A DNA stretch of 64,000 nt from Catajapyx aquilonaris (Eukaryota). The stretch spans positions 62,001 to 126,000 of the forward strand of contig KZ537985.1 of NCBI GenBank assembly GCA_000934665.2, in the 5' to 3' direction. A program made the position numbers and the translations under genes. The notes beneath the pieces were generated by a model. The model saw only the letters and a list, made by a program, of their open reading frames with translations, was not told the DNA's origin and ran no database searches. This document shows, piece by piece, positions 63,901 to 64,000 of the stretch. The stretch's first letter is position 1; each line of letters starts with the position of its first letter.

Positions 63901-64000
63901 GGAAGCTCTCAGGGCTTCTGTCAACATTTGGAATACGCCAACCAAGCATTTGGTCCGTCTAACTGCTCCCAGCCTCTAATGAAGAGCCAGGGATGGCCAA

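Noticed and set aside
36000..64000. Numerous 60-160-aa ORFs in the right half
   Set aside because: No recognisable domains, no consistent exon chain, and many derive from repeats.

Overview
This is eukaryotic (invertebrate metazoan, probably arthropod) genomic DNA with short GT-AG introns. The first ~29 kb is gene-dense. It holds the 3' end of HSD17B10/scully (+) and a fibulin-1-type gene (-) with anaphylatoxin-like modules and ~25 EGF modules. The fibulin gene has two mutually exclusive C-terminal domains: the 1C-like form, and a 1D-like form hidden in three small exons at 1590-2332. Next come two paralogous ODF3/SHIPPO-repeat genes (+), each with an RFX X-box-like promoter site. They flank an uncharacterised type II membrane HIT/GalT-like protein gene (-). 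POMGNT1 (-) follows, with its first coding exon 6 kb upstream at 35123-35257. The remaining ~29 kb has no credible coding sequence beyond candidate 5'UTR exons. It contains MITEs, foldback palindromes and minisatellites, plus a recurring composite element: a CTCF-like motif paired, at roughly helically phased spacing, with an unassigned TTTGYARNMAGTCGTG motif. Gene models were read by eye, and boundaries marked ~ are approximate.
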